Of a stretch of DNA of 64,000 nt, positions 8,981-17,573 are shown piece by piece. Origin of the DNA: an uncultured Gammaproteobacteria bacterium (GTDB lineage Bacteria > Patescibacteriota > Patescibacteriia > UBA9934). The DNA is taken from the NCBI GenBank assembly GCA_964394565.1, contig CAYMYA010000001.1:4124-68123 (forward strand). Reading direction: 5' to 3'. How positions within the stretch are numbered: the stretch's first letter is position 1; every line of letters begins with the position of its first letter. Made by a program: the position numbers and the translations under genes. The notes beneath the pieces are model-generated. The model was not told the origin of the DNA, searched no databases, and saw nothing but the letters and a program-made list of their open reading frames with translations.

Positions 8981-9694
8981 ATGCCAAAACTTTCCATTGT
9001 TATTCCTGCGAAAAATGAGGAGCGATACCTTCCGAACTTGCTTCAAGAGATTGCAGAACAAACGTTTCAGCCCTTTGAAGTGATTGTTGCTGATGCTCAC
9101 TCGACAGACGGCACGCGTGATGTCGCGCAACGTTTTGGTGCACGAGTCGTGGAAGGAGGATTGCCTTCGGTTGGCCGTAATCGTGGCGCCTTGGCATCCA
9201 CGGGGGAGCTCATATTCTTTTTTGATGCAGATGTCGTATTACAAAATACAACATTTTTAGAACGGGCGGTGAAAGAGTTTGAACAGAAACACTTCGATGT
9301 TGCCACTGCCGATGTCGGGGTAGTTCATGGGACAACGTTCGATGATTTTGCACATGCGTTTTACAATATGTACGTTCGCGTGATGAATCGATTTCATCCG
9401 CACGCACCAGGATTTTGCATTTTGGTGCGGAAAACATTGCACGATGCTATTGGGGGCTTTGATGAAGGTATTGTGTTTTGCGAAGACCACGATTACGCCA
9501 TGCGTGCTTCGAAAAAGGGAACATTCGGTTTGTTGCATTCTGTTGTCGTGTATGCCACGACGCGTCGCCAAGAACGCGACGGCAGAATTTCAATGGCGAT
9601 GAAATATATTCTTGCAGAAATGCACATTCTCTTTCTTGGTCCGATCCGCCACGATAAATTTAAGTACGGATTTGGGTACGAAGAGAAGAAATAA
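8981..9694 (+). CDS. family 2 glycosyltransferase
   Basis: LSIVIPAKNEE...VIVADAHSTDGT ... FFFDADV are GT2 DxD-type motifs. The start is set at MPKLSIV rather than the upstream extension across the tRNA. Confidence 0.8.
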   Translation: MPKLSIVIPAKNEERYLPNLLQEIAEQTFQPFEVIVADAHSTDGTRDVAQRFGARVVEGGLPSVGRNRGALASTGELIFFFDADVVLQNTTFLERAVKEFEQKHFDVATADVGVVHGTTFDDFAHAFYNMYVRVMNRFHPHAPGFCILVRKTLHDAIGGFDEGIVFCEDHDYAMRASKKGTFGLLHSVVVYATTRRQERDGRISMAMKYILAEMHILFLGPIRHDKFKYGFGYEEKK

Positions 9695-9717
9695 GTTGCG
9701 TGTTACAATGGGTGTGT

Positions 9718-10299
9718 ATGTCACGTCCCATTTTGGTTGAAGTCATCCCGTCGCACGTCCATCTTTCCGAAACGCATCATCGGATCCTCTTCGGCGAGCG
9801 GCATTTTGGCACGGTTCACCAGGAATTGAGTCAAACCGGGCAGTTTGCGTACACGGAAACGGTTGATGTAGTGGGGTCGAATGGGAAACAGATCGCGCTG
9901 CGCGTTCTTGGACCCACCCGAAAGACCACGCAGGTTGAGCTGACGCCAACGGAAGCGGCGCTGCTCGGGATCGATGCGCAGGTCGCGATTTCTGGGAATC
10001 TCGTCGGCGCGGCAGATTGTATACTCCGCACGACATTTGGGAGCGTAGAGGCGCAAAAGTCCGTCATTCTTCCGCAGATGCATATCCATCTTTCTGATGC
10101 AGATGCACAAACGCTGCGAGTGCATCACGGTGCAATAGCTCGTGTAGAGGTCATTGGTGGCGGTTCGCGTGTGCTCGAGAACGTTTTGATTCGTGTTCAC
10201 CCAACGTATCGAGCGCGCATGCATGTTCATGCCGACGACGCTCGCGATCTTTGGCTGCATGCGGGGACTCACGTCCGCATTCGTGATATTCAAAAGTAA
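9718..10299 (+). CDS. pduL: PduL/EutD-type phosphate acyltransferase (phosphotransacetylase-like)
   Basis: Two PduL repeats: VGSNGKQIALRVLGPTRKTTQVELTPTEAALLGI and LPQMHIHLSDADAQTLRVHHGAIARVEV align with Salmonella PduL (VGPKGQLKNVRLLGPLR...; AQRHIHMSPLDAL...). Confidence 0.8.
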   Translation: MSRPILVEVIPSHVHLSETHHRILFGERHFGTVHQELSQTGQFAYTETVDVVGSNGKQIALRVLGPTRKTTQVELTPTEAALLGIDAQVAISGNLVGAADCILRTTFGSVEAQKSVILPQMHIHLSDADAQTLRVHHGAIARVEVIGGGSRVLENVLIRVHPTYRARMHVHADDARDLWLHAGTHVRIRDIQK

Positions 10300-10300
10300 T

Positions 10301-11437
10301 ATGATGTATCGACTACGGCAATGTGGTTTTTCTGCCATGTTCGGTGCTGCGATCTTCTTCGGTATGGTGTCGCCAGCCCGCGCGTCGACCGTTGATCTTG
10401 CGTTGGATAGTTCCAGCATTTCTTTTTCCGAAACGACGTTGTATGCGGGTGATGAAATTCGAATTTATGCTCGGGTGAAAAATCTTGGGGACACCGATGC
10501 AAGTGCTTATGTATTGTTTTATCAGGGCGGAATGCTTGTAGGGAAATCTCAGGCGGTTTCACTTCTTGCGAATGGGAATCCGGACGACGTGTATGTTGAT
10601 TTTACTGTCCCAACGGGGAGTTTTAATATTCGCGCGGTATTGCAGGGATCCGCACCACAAGATCAAAATGTTGCGAATGATTCGACGATGACTCCATTGT
10701 ATTCGCCAGTGGTTGATGCAGATCGCGATGGCGTCGTGGACGATGATGATTCGTGTGTGCAAGATGTAAATCCTGATCAGCTCGACACGGATCGCGATGG
10801 ACTGGGAGATGTTTGCGACGGTGACGATGACGGGGATGCGACGCCAGATTCGGAGGATGCCTATCCGTTCGACGCGTCGAAGTCACAAGATGTCGCAGCG
10901 CCTGCTGCTTCAACTCCAACTCCAACTGCGTCTGCAATCACATCGAATACCGCCCCGACCGTTGTGTCGCCAGCGGTACCGAAATCAGATGATGCTGAGG
11001 CAGTGAATACCGCGGATCGTGAAGTCGCGGATGATACGACGGTCGTCGCACCTGCGGCATCGTCAACACTCACCACATCGCCACTCGCTCGGTTTTCCTG
11101 GAAGCAAACAGACTGGCGAACATATGAATTTACTCTCGCAGAGCAACCAGAAGACCATGTACAGTTTAGTTGGGATTTTGGTGACGGTGCGACAAGTGTG
11201 CAGCCACAAATTTTGCACGCATTTTCAGGCCCAGGCACATATACTGTGACACTCGCAATTGTCGACGATGCGGGGAATACATTTTCCGATGCGCAGACGT
11301 TCGATGTGACATTCTTCCATCTGGATAACCCGCAAGTTATCGCGATAATCGTGCTGCTGTTTATTGCGCTGTTTTCGTTCGGCTTTGCGTTTATTCGCCT
11401 CCGCGCATCATATGATCAAAGGACTTCTCACAAGTAA
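10301..11437 (+). CDS. secreted/cell-surface protein with CARDB-like, thrombospondin type-3-like Asp-rich repeats and a PKD domain, C-terminal TM anchor
   Basis: Signal peptide (MFGAAIFFGMVSPARA), Asp-rich Ca-binding-like repeats (DADRDGVVDDDDSC...DTDRDGLGDVCDGDDDGD), PKD signature (WDFGDG...HAFSGPGTYTVTL) and a C-terminal hydrophobic anchor. Confidence 0.7.
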   Translation: MMYRLRQCGFSAMFGAAIFFGMVSPARASTVDLALDSSSISFSETTLYAGDEIRIYARVKNLGDTDASAYVLFYQGGMLVGKSQAVSLLANGNPDDVYVDFTVPTGSFNIRAVLQGSAPQDQNVANDSTMTPLYSPVVDADRDGVVDDDDSCVQDVNPDQLDTDRDGLGDVCDGDDDGDATPDSEDAYPFDASKSQDVAAPAASTPTPTASAITSNTAPTVVSPAVPKSDDAEAVNTADREVADDTTVVAPAASSTLTTSPLARFSWKQTDWRTYEFTLAEQPEDHVQFSWDFGDGATSVQPQILHAFSGPGTYTVTLAIVDDAGNTFSDAQTFDVTFFHLDNPQVIAIIVLLFIALFSFGFAFIRLRASYDQRTSHK

Positions 11438-13019
11438 GACGGCGGGAGTGACGAGCGCCGCGGTGATTATTGGTGGTTTTTCGATGATTTCCCGTTTTGT
11501 CGGCGTGCTTCGTGACAATATTCTTTCAAGCATGTTTGGCGCAGGCGATGTTCTGGATGCATATACAAGCGCATTTCTCATTCCCGACACGTTGTTGCAG
11601 CTCCTCATTCTCGGTGCGTTGTCTGCGAGTTTTATTCCGATTTTCTCAAAATATTACGGAAAGGATGACGCGAAGGCGTGGAAATTTACGAGCACAATCT
11701 TGAACGTGTTTGGCATGGTATTTGCTGTTGTTTCTTTGTTTGCGATTCTCTTTGCCCCATGGTTGACGGCATGGGTGGCGCCGGGATACAGCGCAGAAAA
11801 AATGGAGATGGTGATTTCGATGAGTCGTGTATTGTGTATTGGGGAATTCTTTTTTGCGGCATCCATGGTGTTCGGGTCGGTGCTTCAAGGAACGAAACGG
11901 TTTTTTTTGTATGCCCTCGCGCCGATTGTCAATAACGTTGGTATCATTTTTGGTGCAATTGGTTTTGTGCCAATCATGGGGCCGATTGGCTTGGCATGGG
12001 GTGCGGTGTTTGGCGCTGTGCTTCATGCAACGTTGCAAGGTATCGGTGTGTACGCGCTTGGATACCGCCATACGTTTCGCATCGACTGGCGTGATCCAGA
12101 TTTGCGTACCACGAGCATACAAATGGTGCCACGCGTGCTTGGGCTTGCGGTGAACCAGCTGAATTTTGTTGCGATGGGTGCGCTCGCGACGCTTGGTGTG
12201 GTTGGGTCGGCGACGGTGCTGAAATTTGCGTATACGCTGAACTCATTTCCTATTGGGATTATCGCGATGGCTTATGCCGTCGCATCATTTCCCGCGTTGT
12301 GTGAGCGTGTTTCTGCAAAAGACATTCCGGGTTTTGTGGGCACGTTCAGCCACGCCATTCGGCAGGTATTACTTTGGATCATTCCAGCGTCCGTGATGTT
12401 TTTATTACTGCGTGCCCAACTTGTGCGACTGGCGTTTGGTCGTGGAAAGTTCGATTGGGATGCCACCGTCATGACTGCGGATACGTTGGCATTTTTTGCA
12501 CTGAGCTTTGCGGCGCAGGCGATTATTTATATTGTTGTTCGTGCGTTTTTTGCGCTCGAAGACACGCGGTCCCCGTTTATTGCAGGGGTGGTCGGAACCG
12601 TGACGAACGTGATTCTCGGTTCTTGGCTTGCGCCAATATACGGCGTTGCGGGGCTCGGCGCAGCGTTTTCGTTTTCCGCGATGCTCCAAGTGGCGCTGCT
12701 TTGGGCAATGTTGCGCCATCGTGTCGGGGTGCTTGATGAAGCGCGCATTCTGAAAACCGCTGCGCTCCTTACTATCGCTGGACTCCTTGCAGGCTTCGCA
12801 ACGCAGTGTATGAAGTATATTATTGTCGAGGTTATCTATCTCAATACCTTTATCGGCGTCTTGATTCAGACTGTTATTGCCGGTGGTGTGGGTATGATGG
12901 TGTATTTTGGTGTTGGCTTGCTTTTGCGCAATGAAGAAGTACGCATATTCATCTCTGCATTTCATCGAAAAGTTTTGCGTCAGGTACGGCCGCAAGAAAC
13001 GATTAGCCAAGATGTGTGA
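11412..13019 (+). CDS. murJ: lipid II flippase MurJ
   Basis: 14-TM MOP-family protein. The N-terminus SAAVIIGGFSMISRFVGVLRD is typical of MurJ; the start is set at MIKGLL. Confidence 0.85.
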   Translation: MIKGLLTSKTAGVTSAAVIIGGFSMISRFVGVLRDNILSSMFGAGDVLDAYTSAFLIPDTLLQLLILGALSASFIPIFSKYYGKDDAKAWKFTSTILNVFGMVFAVVSLFAILFAPWLTAWVAPGYSAEKMEMVISMSRVLCIGEFFFAASMVFGSVLQGTKRFFLYALAPIVNNVGIIFGAIGFVPIMGPIGLAWGAVFGAVLHATLQGIGVYALGYRHTFRIDWRDPDLRTTSIQMVPRVLGLAVNQLNFVAMGALATLGVVGSATVLKFAYTLNSFPIGIIAMAYAVASFPALCERVSAKDIPGFVGTFSHAIRQVLLWIIPASVMFLLLRAQLVRLAFGRGKFDWDATVMTADTLAFFALSFAAQAIIYIVVRAFFALEDTRSPFIAGVVGTVTNVILGSWLAPIYGVAGLGAAFSFSAMLQVALLWAMLRHRVGVLDEARILKTAALLTIAGLLAGFATQCMKYIIVEVIYLNTFIGVLIQTVIAGGVGMMVYFGVGLLLRNEEVRIFISAFHRKVLRQVRPQETISQDV

Positions 13020-13024
13020 TCCAT

Positions 13025-13720
13025 ATGACGTATGCTCAGGTTTTGCGGTATCTGCGTCGGAGCATTCTCGTGCTGGGGCTTTTTGGATCAGGCTTTGTGT
13101 TTGTCTGTTTTTCGTTGGTGCAACGTGCGTCTACGTATATTGTCCCGGCAGGTGATATCGCGCCTGCTCCGGTGGGTATTGTGCTCGGAGCGAAAGTACA
13201 GGCGAATGGCCAACCGAGTGACGTGTTACGCGATCGACTGGTGACCGCGGCAGATTTGTATCATCGTGGCATCGTACAGAAGGTTCTTCTTTCCGGCGAT
13301 AACGGGCAGGTGGAGTATGACGAAGTCAACGATATGCGCGTGTTCATGCTTGGTGCCGGTATCCCTCCGGAGGATATTTTTCTTGATCACGCAGGATTCG
13401 ATACATATGACAGCATGGTGCGAGCCCGTGAAGTGTTCGGTATCACGTCGGCAATTGTGGTGACTCAGCAGTTTCATCTGCCCCGTGCACTGTTTCTCGC
13501 GCGTTCGCAGGGCATGACAGCGTATGGCGTTGTGGCAGATCGACAGCGGTATCTTGGGATCGTCCAGCTTCGACTGCGTGAAATTCCTGCGAGTGTGAAG
13601 GCGTGGATAAACGTCCTTTTTGCGGCCGAACCCACATATCTTGGGAACAGCATTGATATCACGGGTGACGGGCGAGTGACGTGGGACGAAGATGCAAATA
13701 TTCTTGACGAAACTGAATAA
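13025..13720 (+). CDS. SanA/YdcF (DUF218) family protein
   Basis: N-terminal TM helix, then a DUF218 core (VLGAKV...SGDNGQ...). A GTG start at 13016 is an alternative. Confidence 0.7.
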   Translation: MTYAQVLRYLRRSILVLGLFGSGFVFVCFSLVQRASTYIVPAGDIAPAPVGIVLGAKVQANGQPSDVLRDRLVTAADLYHRGIVQKVLLSGDNGQVEYDEVNDMRVFMLGAGIPPEDIFLDHAGFDTYDSMVRAREVFGITSAIVVTQQFHLPRALFLARSQGMTAYGVVADRQRYLGIVQLRLREIPASVKAWINVLFAAEPTYLGNSIDITGDGRVTWDEDANILDETE

Positions 13721-13761
13721 AAAGCATAGGATTCTGCCTCATTGATTGATCGCGCTGAGGT

Positions 13762-15600
13762 ATGAACATCACAAAAACTCGTGTCATTATTGCAGGAGGA
13801 TTGCTGCTTGGTATCGGTGGTTTTGCTTGGGGAATGTTCGGATCGGCGCCGACACAAACGTTTGTCACGGACGTCGTGAAGCGCGGAGACCTTCAACACA
13901 CCGTGGAAGTCACCGGTGAGCTGAAGAGTGTTACTGATCTTTCGCTTGCATTTGAAACATCCGGAACTGTTTCTGCCGTTTTCGTGGAAGCGGGCGATTC
14001 CGTGCGTGCAGGGGATGTGTTAGCTGAGCTCGGCACGAGTGAGCTTGGTGCTGCGGCGGAGCAGGCGCGACAAGGCGTTGTGGCAGCCCAAGCCGAACTC
14101 GATTTGCGTCTAACCGGCATTTCTTCGGAGGAGGAAGCTGCGGAGCGTGCAGGAGTCGCGGTTGCGGCAGCGCAGCTGAGCGCCGCATCCACAGATTTGG
14201 ATACAGCACTCCTTACAGAAGCGATGGGGAATGCGCAGGATGCCGCGACCGTCGCGTCGGCGCAATCGGACTTCGATCAAGTCGCCACGCAAAATGCGGA
14301 GGCAACCGAGCAGGCATCGGAAGGGCTTCATGCAGCGCTGAATACCGCGCTGATTATTATTCGTACAGGCCTTGAATCTGCAGACCAAGTTCTCGGCGTC
14401 GAAAACACATTGTTAAATATCGATATCGACGAATATGTCGGCATTTTAGACCGTAACACGCTCACCGATGCGACCGAAGCATTTGTGCTTGCTGCAGATG
14501 CGCGTGACGAAGCTGAAGATCTCGTGTTGGCGCTGACAGAAGACGCTCTCGAAGCCGACGTTCTTCTTGCATATGCAAATGTTTCTTCTGCGATGACGTA
14601 TACATCCAATACACTGTTGTACGTGAGTCGCGCCCTGGATGCCAGCATGAGTGATAGCGGTGACTTTTCGAATGCGGATCTTATTGCGTTGCGTGCAACC
14701 ATTGCTGCTGAACGTACAACAGTGTCTACCGGAATGACCGCCTTGCGTACCGCAAAATATACGTACGATACCGCATTGCGTCAGGCAGATGACCGATTGA
14801 CGGATGCGACGAATGCATTAGCGCTTGCAGAAGCGCAACAGCATTCTGGCGAGGCCACCCGGAGTGCGGCAGTGTTGAAGGCGGAAGCCGCGATTGCGAT
14901 ACAAACAGCAAATATGGCACGTGCAGAAGCGCTTCTCGCGCAAGTTCTTGCTGATCCGCGGGAGATTGATGTTGCGGCCCTTCGTGCGGCAGTGGCGCGC
15001 GCCGATGCCGAATACACCGCAGCACTCGCACGTCTTCGCAAGGCGCAAGTTCGTGCTCCAATTGACGGTGTGGTGACGCGTGTCGCGTTCGATATTGGTG
15101 AACAGGTGAGTGCCGGACAGGAAATGATTGGCGAAATTGCCGGCAACGATACGTACGAAATCATTCTGGATGTTCCTGAGGCAGATATCGCGAGCCTTGC
15201 CACTGGTCAGGTTGCGGACGTCACATTCGATGCGTTTGGAGATCGTGTGATGTTTAGTGGCTCGGTGTATGCGGTGGATCCCGCAGAAAAGGTTATTTCA
15301 GATGTGGTGTTTTACGAAGTGAGTGTTGTGCTGAACACGGATCAAGACGTGAGTATGTTAAAGCCGGGGATGTCTGCAAACGTGACGGTGCATACCCAAG
15401 AACGCACGGACGTGCTCTTTGTCCCAAGCCGCGCAATTTTGGAGCGTGATACCGTGCCGTATGTCCGTGTGCCAAAAAATGAACACGAGTTTGAAGAAGT
15501 TCTCGTGACGGTTGGGCTGCGAGCGGATGATGGTCTGTCAGAAATTGTGAGTGGCGTCGAAGAGGGAACAGCGGTGGTGATTTCCGTTAAAACAGAATAA
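13762..15600 (+). CDS. HlyD-family periplasmic adaptor (MacA-like) with a very long Ala-rich coiled coil
   Basis: N-terminal TM helix, a biotinyl-lipoyl-like segment (VTGELKSV...AGDVLAEL), a ~350-aa Ala/Glu-rich helical region and a C-terminal beta-barrel/MPD (RAPIDGVVTRV...). It lies immediately upstream of a MacB-type ABC pair. Confidence 0.75.
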   Translation: MNITKTRVIIAGGLLLGIGGFAWGMFGSAPTQTFVTDVVKRGDLQHTVEVTGELKSVTDLSLAFETSGTVSAVFVEAGDSVRAGDVLAELGTSELGAAAEQARQGVVAAQAELDLRLTGISSEEEAAERAGVAVAAAQLSAASTDLDTALLTEAMGNAQDAATVASAQSDFDQVATQNAEATEQASEGLHAALNTALIIIRTGLESADQVLGVENTLLNIDIDEYVGILDRNTLTDATEAFVLAADARDEAEDLVLALTEDALEADVLLAYANVSSAMTYTSNTLLYVSRALDASMSDSGDFSNADLIALRATIAAERTTVSTGMTALRTAKYTYDTALRQADDRLTDATNALALAEAQQHSGEATRSAAVLKAEAAIAIQTANMARAEALLAQVLADPREIDVAALRAAVARADAEYTAALARLRKAQVRAPIDGVVTRVAFDIGEQVSAGQEMIGEIAGNDTYEIILDVPEADIASLATGQVADVTFDAFGDRVMFSGSVYAVDPAEKVISDVVFYEVSVVLNTDQDVSMLKPGMSANVTVHTQERTDVLFVPSRAILERDTVPYVRVPKNEHEFEEVLVTVGLRADDGLSEIVSGVEEGTAVVISVKTE

Positions 15601-15602
15601 CT

Positions 15603-16277
15603 ATGACAAGCGATGTCGTGATCGGCATGCGTGGCATTGCAAAGACGTATCGAAATGGAGACGTGGAAACATCTGTGTTGCGCGGCGTAAATTTAGACGT
15701 GCGACGCGGAGAATTCGTTGCGCTCATGGGGCCGTCGGGTTCCGGGAAATCAACCCTCATGCATATCATGGGGTTCTTAGATCAACCGGAAGAGGGGACG
15801 TACACGTTTCAGGGTCGCGATGTCAGCCGTTTAACGTCGGATCAGCTCGCCATGATGCGCCGGGGTGAAGTGGGCTTTGTCTTTCAGGCGTTCCATTTAC
15901 TTCCGCGGCTTACCGTGCTTGAAAATGTCATGCTTCCATTAGCGTACATGAACATTCCCATCGAGGAGCGTCGTACGCGTGCAAAAAAAGTACTTGAGGA
16001 CGTCGGATTAGCTGATCGTGTGACGTACCTGCCGAACCAACTTTCTGGTGGGCAGAAACAACGCGTTGCCATTGCACGTTCGTTGATTACAGACCCCGCG
16101 GTGATTTTTGCAGATGAACCAACGGGAAACCTCGATTCAACATCGAGTGATCAAGTGCTTGGGTTGTTGCGTGATTTGCATCAAGCCGGAAGAACGATTG
16201 TGATGGTGACGCATGAAATGGATGCCGCGGCGTATGCATCGCGCATTATCCGCATGAAGGACGGACTCGTCGCATAA
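15603..16277 (+). CDS. ABC transporter ATP-binding protein (MacB/LolD-type)
   Basis: Walker [10 protein letters not shown], signature LSGGQKQR and Walker [12 protein letters not shown] are all present. Confidence 0.9.
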   Translation: MTSDVVIGMRGIAKTYRNGDVETSVLRGVNLDVRRGEFVALMGPSGSGKSTLMHIMGFLDQPEEGTYTFQGRDVSRLTSDQLAMMRRGEVGFVFQAFHLLPRLTVLENVMLPLAYMNIPIEERRTRAKKVLEDVGLADRVTYLPNQLSGGQKQRVAIARSLITDPAVIFADEPTGNLDSTSSDQVLGLLRDLHQAGRTIVMVTHEMDAAAYASRIIRMKDGLVA

Positions 16278-16278
16278 T

Positions 16279-17511
16279 ATGAAAATACAAGATGTACTCA
16301 CAGCATCCGTCGATTCAATTCGGAGAAACACGTCGCGCTCATTGTTGACGGTGCTTGGGATTGTGATTGGTATCGCGGCGGTGATTTTAATGTTGTCCAT
16401 TGGTCAGGGCGCACAGGGGTACGTGCTCAGTCAGGTTGCTGATTTGGGAAGCGATCAAATTTTTGTAGAATCGGGTTCTGGTGATACGACAAGTGGGCCG
16501 CCGAGCCCGTTTACGGCGCAAACGCTCACGCTCGATGACGTGAAAGAGCTCCGGCATCGTGGGCCATTCTCCTTTGTGTCCGCAACGGTTCTTTCAACGG
16601 GTTCGGTGCAAGCGGAAGAGGAGAGTATTTTTGTTGACCTCGCTGGAGTCGATGAACATCAGCTCTCTGTTTTTCCCGCAGAAGTTATTGCTGGGCGATT
16701 TTTAGATGAGTCTGATGTGAATGCATACGCGAATGTTGCGGTATTAGGGTATGACATCGCGGAGAATATTTTTGGTGAACAGGATCCTGTAGGAGAACGT
16801 GTGAAGGTGAAGGGTAAGGGGTATCGTGTGGTTGGCGTGATGGAACCGCAGGGGAGTAAGTTTTTCTCGAATCTGGATAACCGAGTGTATTTGCCGGTAA
16901 CCACAATGCAACGGGAAATTTTGGGAGATGATTATGTGAATTTTATAGCCATGCGAGCCATAGGAGACCTCGACGATGCAAAGGAAGAGGCGCGGTGGAT
17001 TTTGCGTGACACGCACAATATTGATAATCCGAACGGCGAGCTTGCGAAGGATGACTTTGCAATCACCAGTCAGCAAGATGCCGTCGATATCATTGGATCT
17101 GTTGGGTTTGCACTTACCCTACTTCTCGCTGCTATTGCAGCAATTTCCCTGGTGGTTGGCGGCATTGGCATCATGAACATCATGCTCGTGTCCGTTACGG
17201 AACGCACGCGGGAAATTGGGTTGCGAAAGGCAATTGGTGCGACGGAACAGGATATTTTGAAACAGTTTTTAGCAGAAGCGATTATTCTGACTATCGGCGG
17301 CGGTTTACTTGGGGTATTTGTAGGTATTGCAGGCTCGGTCCTTATAGGATTTGTACTGATGCAAGTTGTGGATGGGTGGGTCTTGATCATTCCGCCTTCC
17401 GCCGTGTTCCTCGCTTTTGCTGTTTCTTCAATCGTCGGGTTGGTATTCGGTATCTACCCCGCAAAACGTGCCGCAAAACTCGATCCAATTGAAGCGTTGC
17501 GGTACGAGTAA
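16279..17511 (+). CDS. ABC transporter permease (MacB/FtsX-type)
   Basis: 410 aa with an N-terminal TM helix, a large periplasmic domain and a C-terminal FtsX-like 3-TM bundle. Confidence 0.85.
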   Translation: MKIQDVLTASVDSIRRNTSRSLLTVLGIVIGIAAVILMLSIGQGAQGYVLSQVADLGSDQIFVESGSGDTTSGPPSPFTAQTLTLDDVKELRHRGPFSFVSATVLSTGSVQAEEESIFVDLAGVDEHQLSVFPAEVIAGRFLDESDVNAYANVAVLGYDIAENIFGEQDPVGERVKVKGKGYRVVGVMEPQGSKFFSNLDNRVYLPVTTMQREILGDDYVNFIAMRAIGDLDDAKEEARWILRDTHNIDNPNGELAKDDFAITSQQDAVDIIGSVGFALTLLLAAIAAISLVVGGIGIMNIMLVSVTERTREIGLRKAIGATEQDILKQFLAEAIILTIGGGLLGVFVGIAGSVLIGFVLMQVVDGWVLIIPPSAVFLAFAVSSIVGLVFGIYPAKRAAKLDPIEALRYE

Positions 17512-17573
17512 CAGGATAAACAGTACGTTTTGGCAACATCGGGGGAATCGGTTACACTCCTTGCATTCCTTCT

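Noticed and set aside
14781-15203. Ala/Ser/Arg-rich minus-strand ORFs inside the HlyD adaptor gene
   Set aside because: They are antisense to the Ala-rich coiled-coil coding region (GCN-rich), with no start context or motifs.
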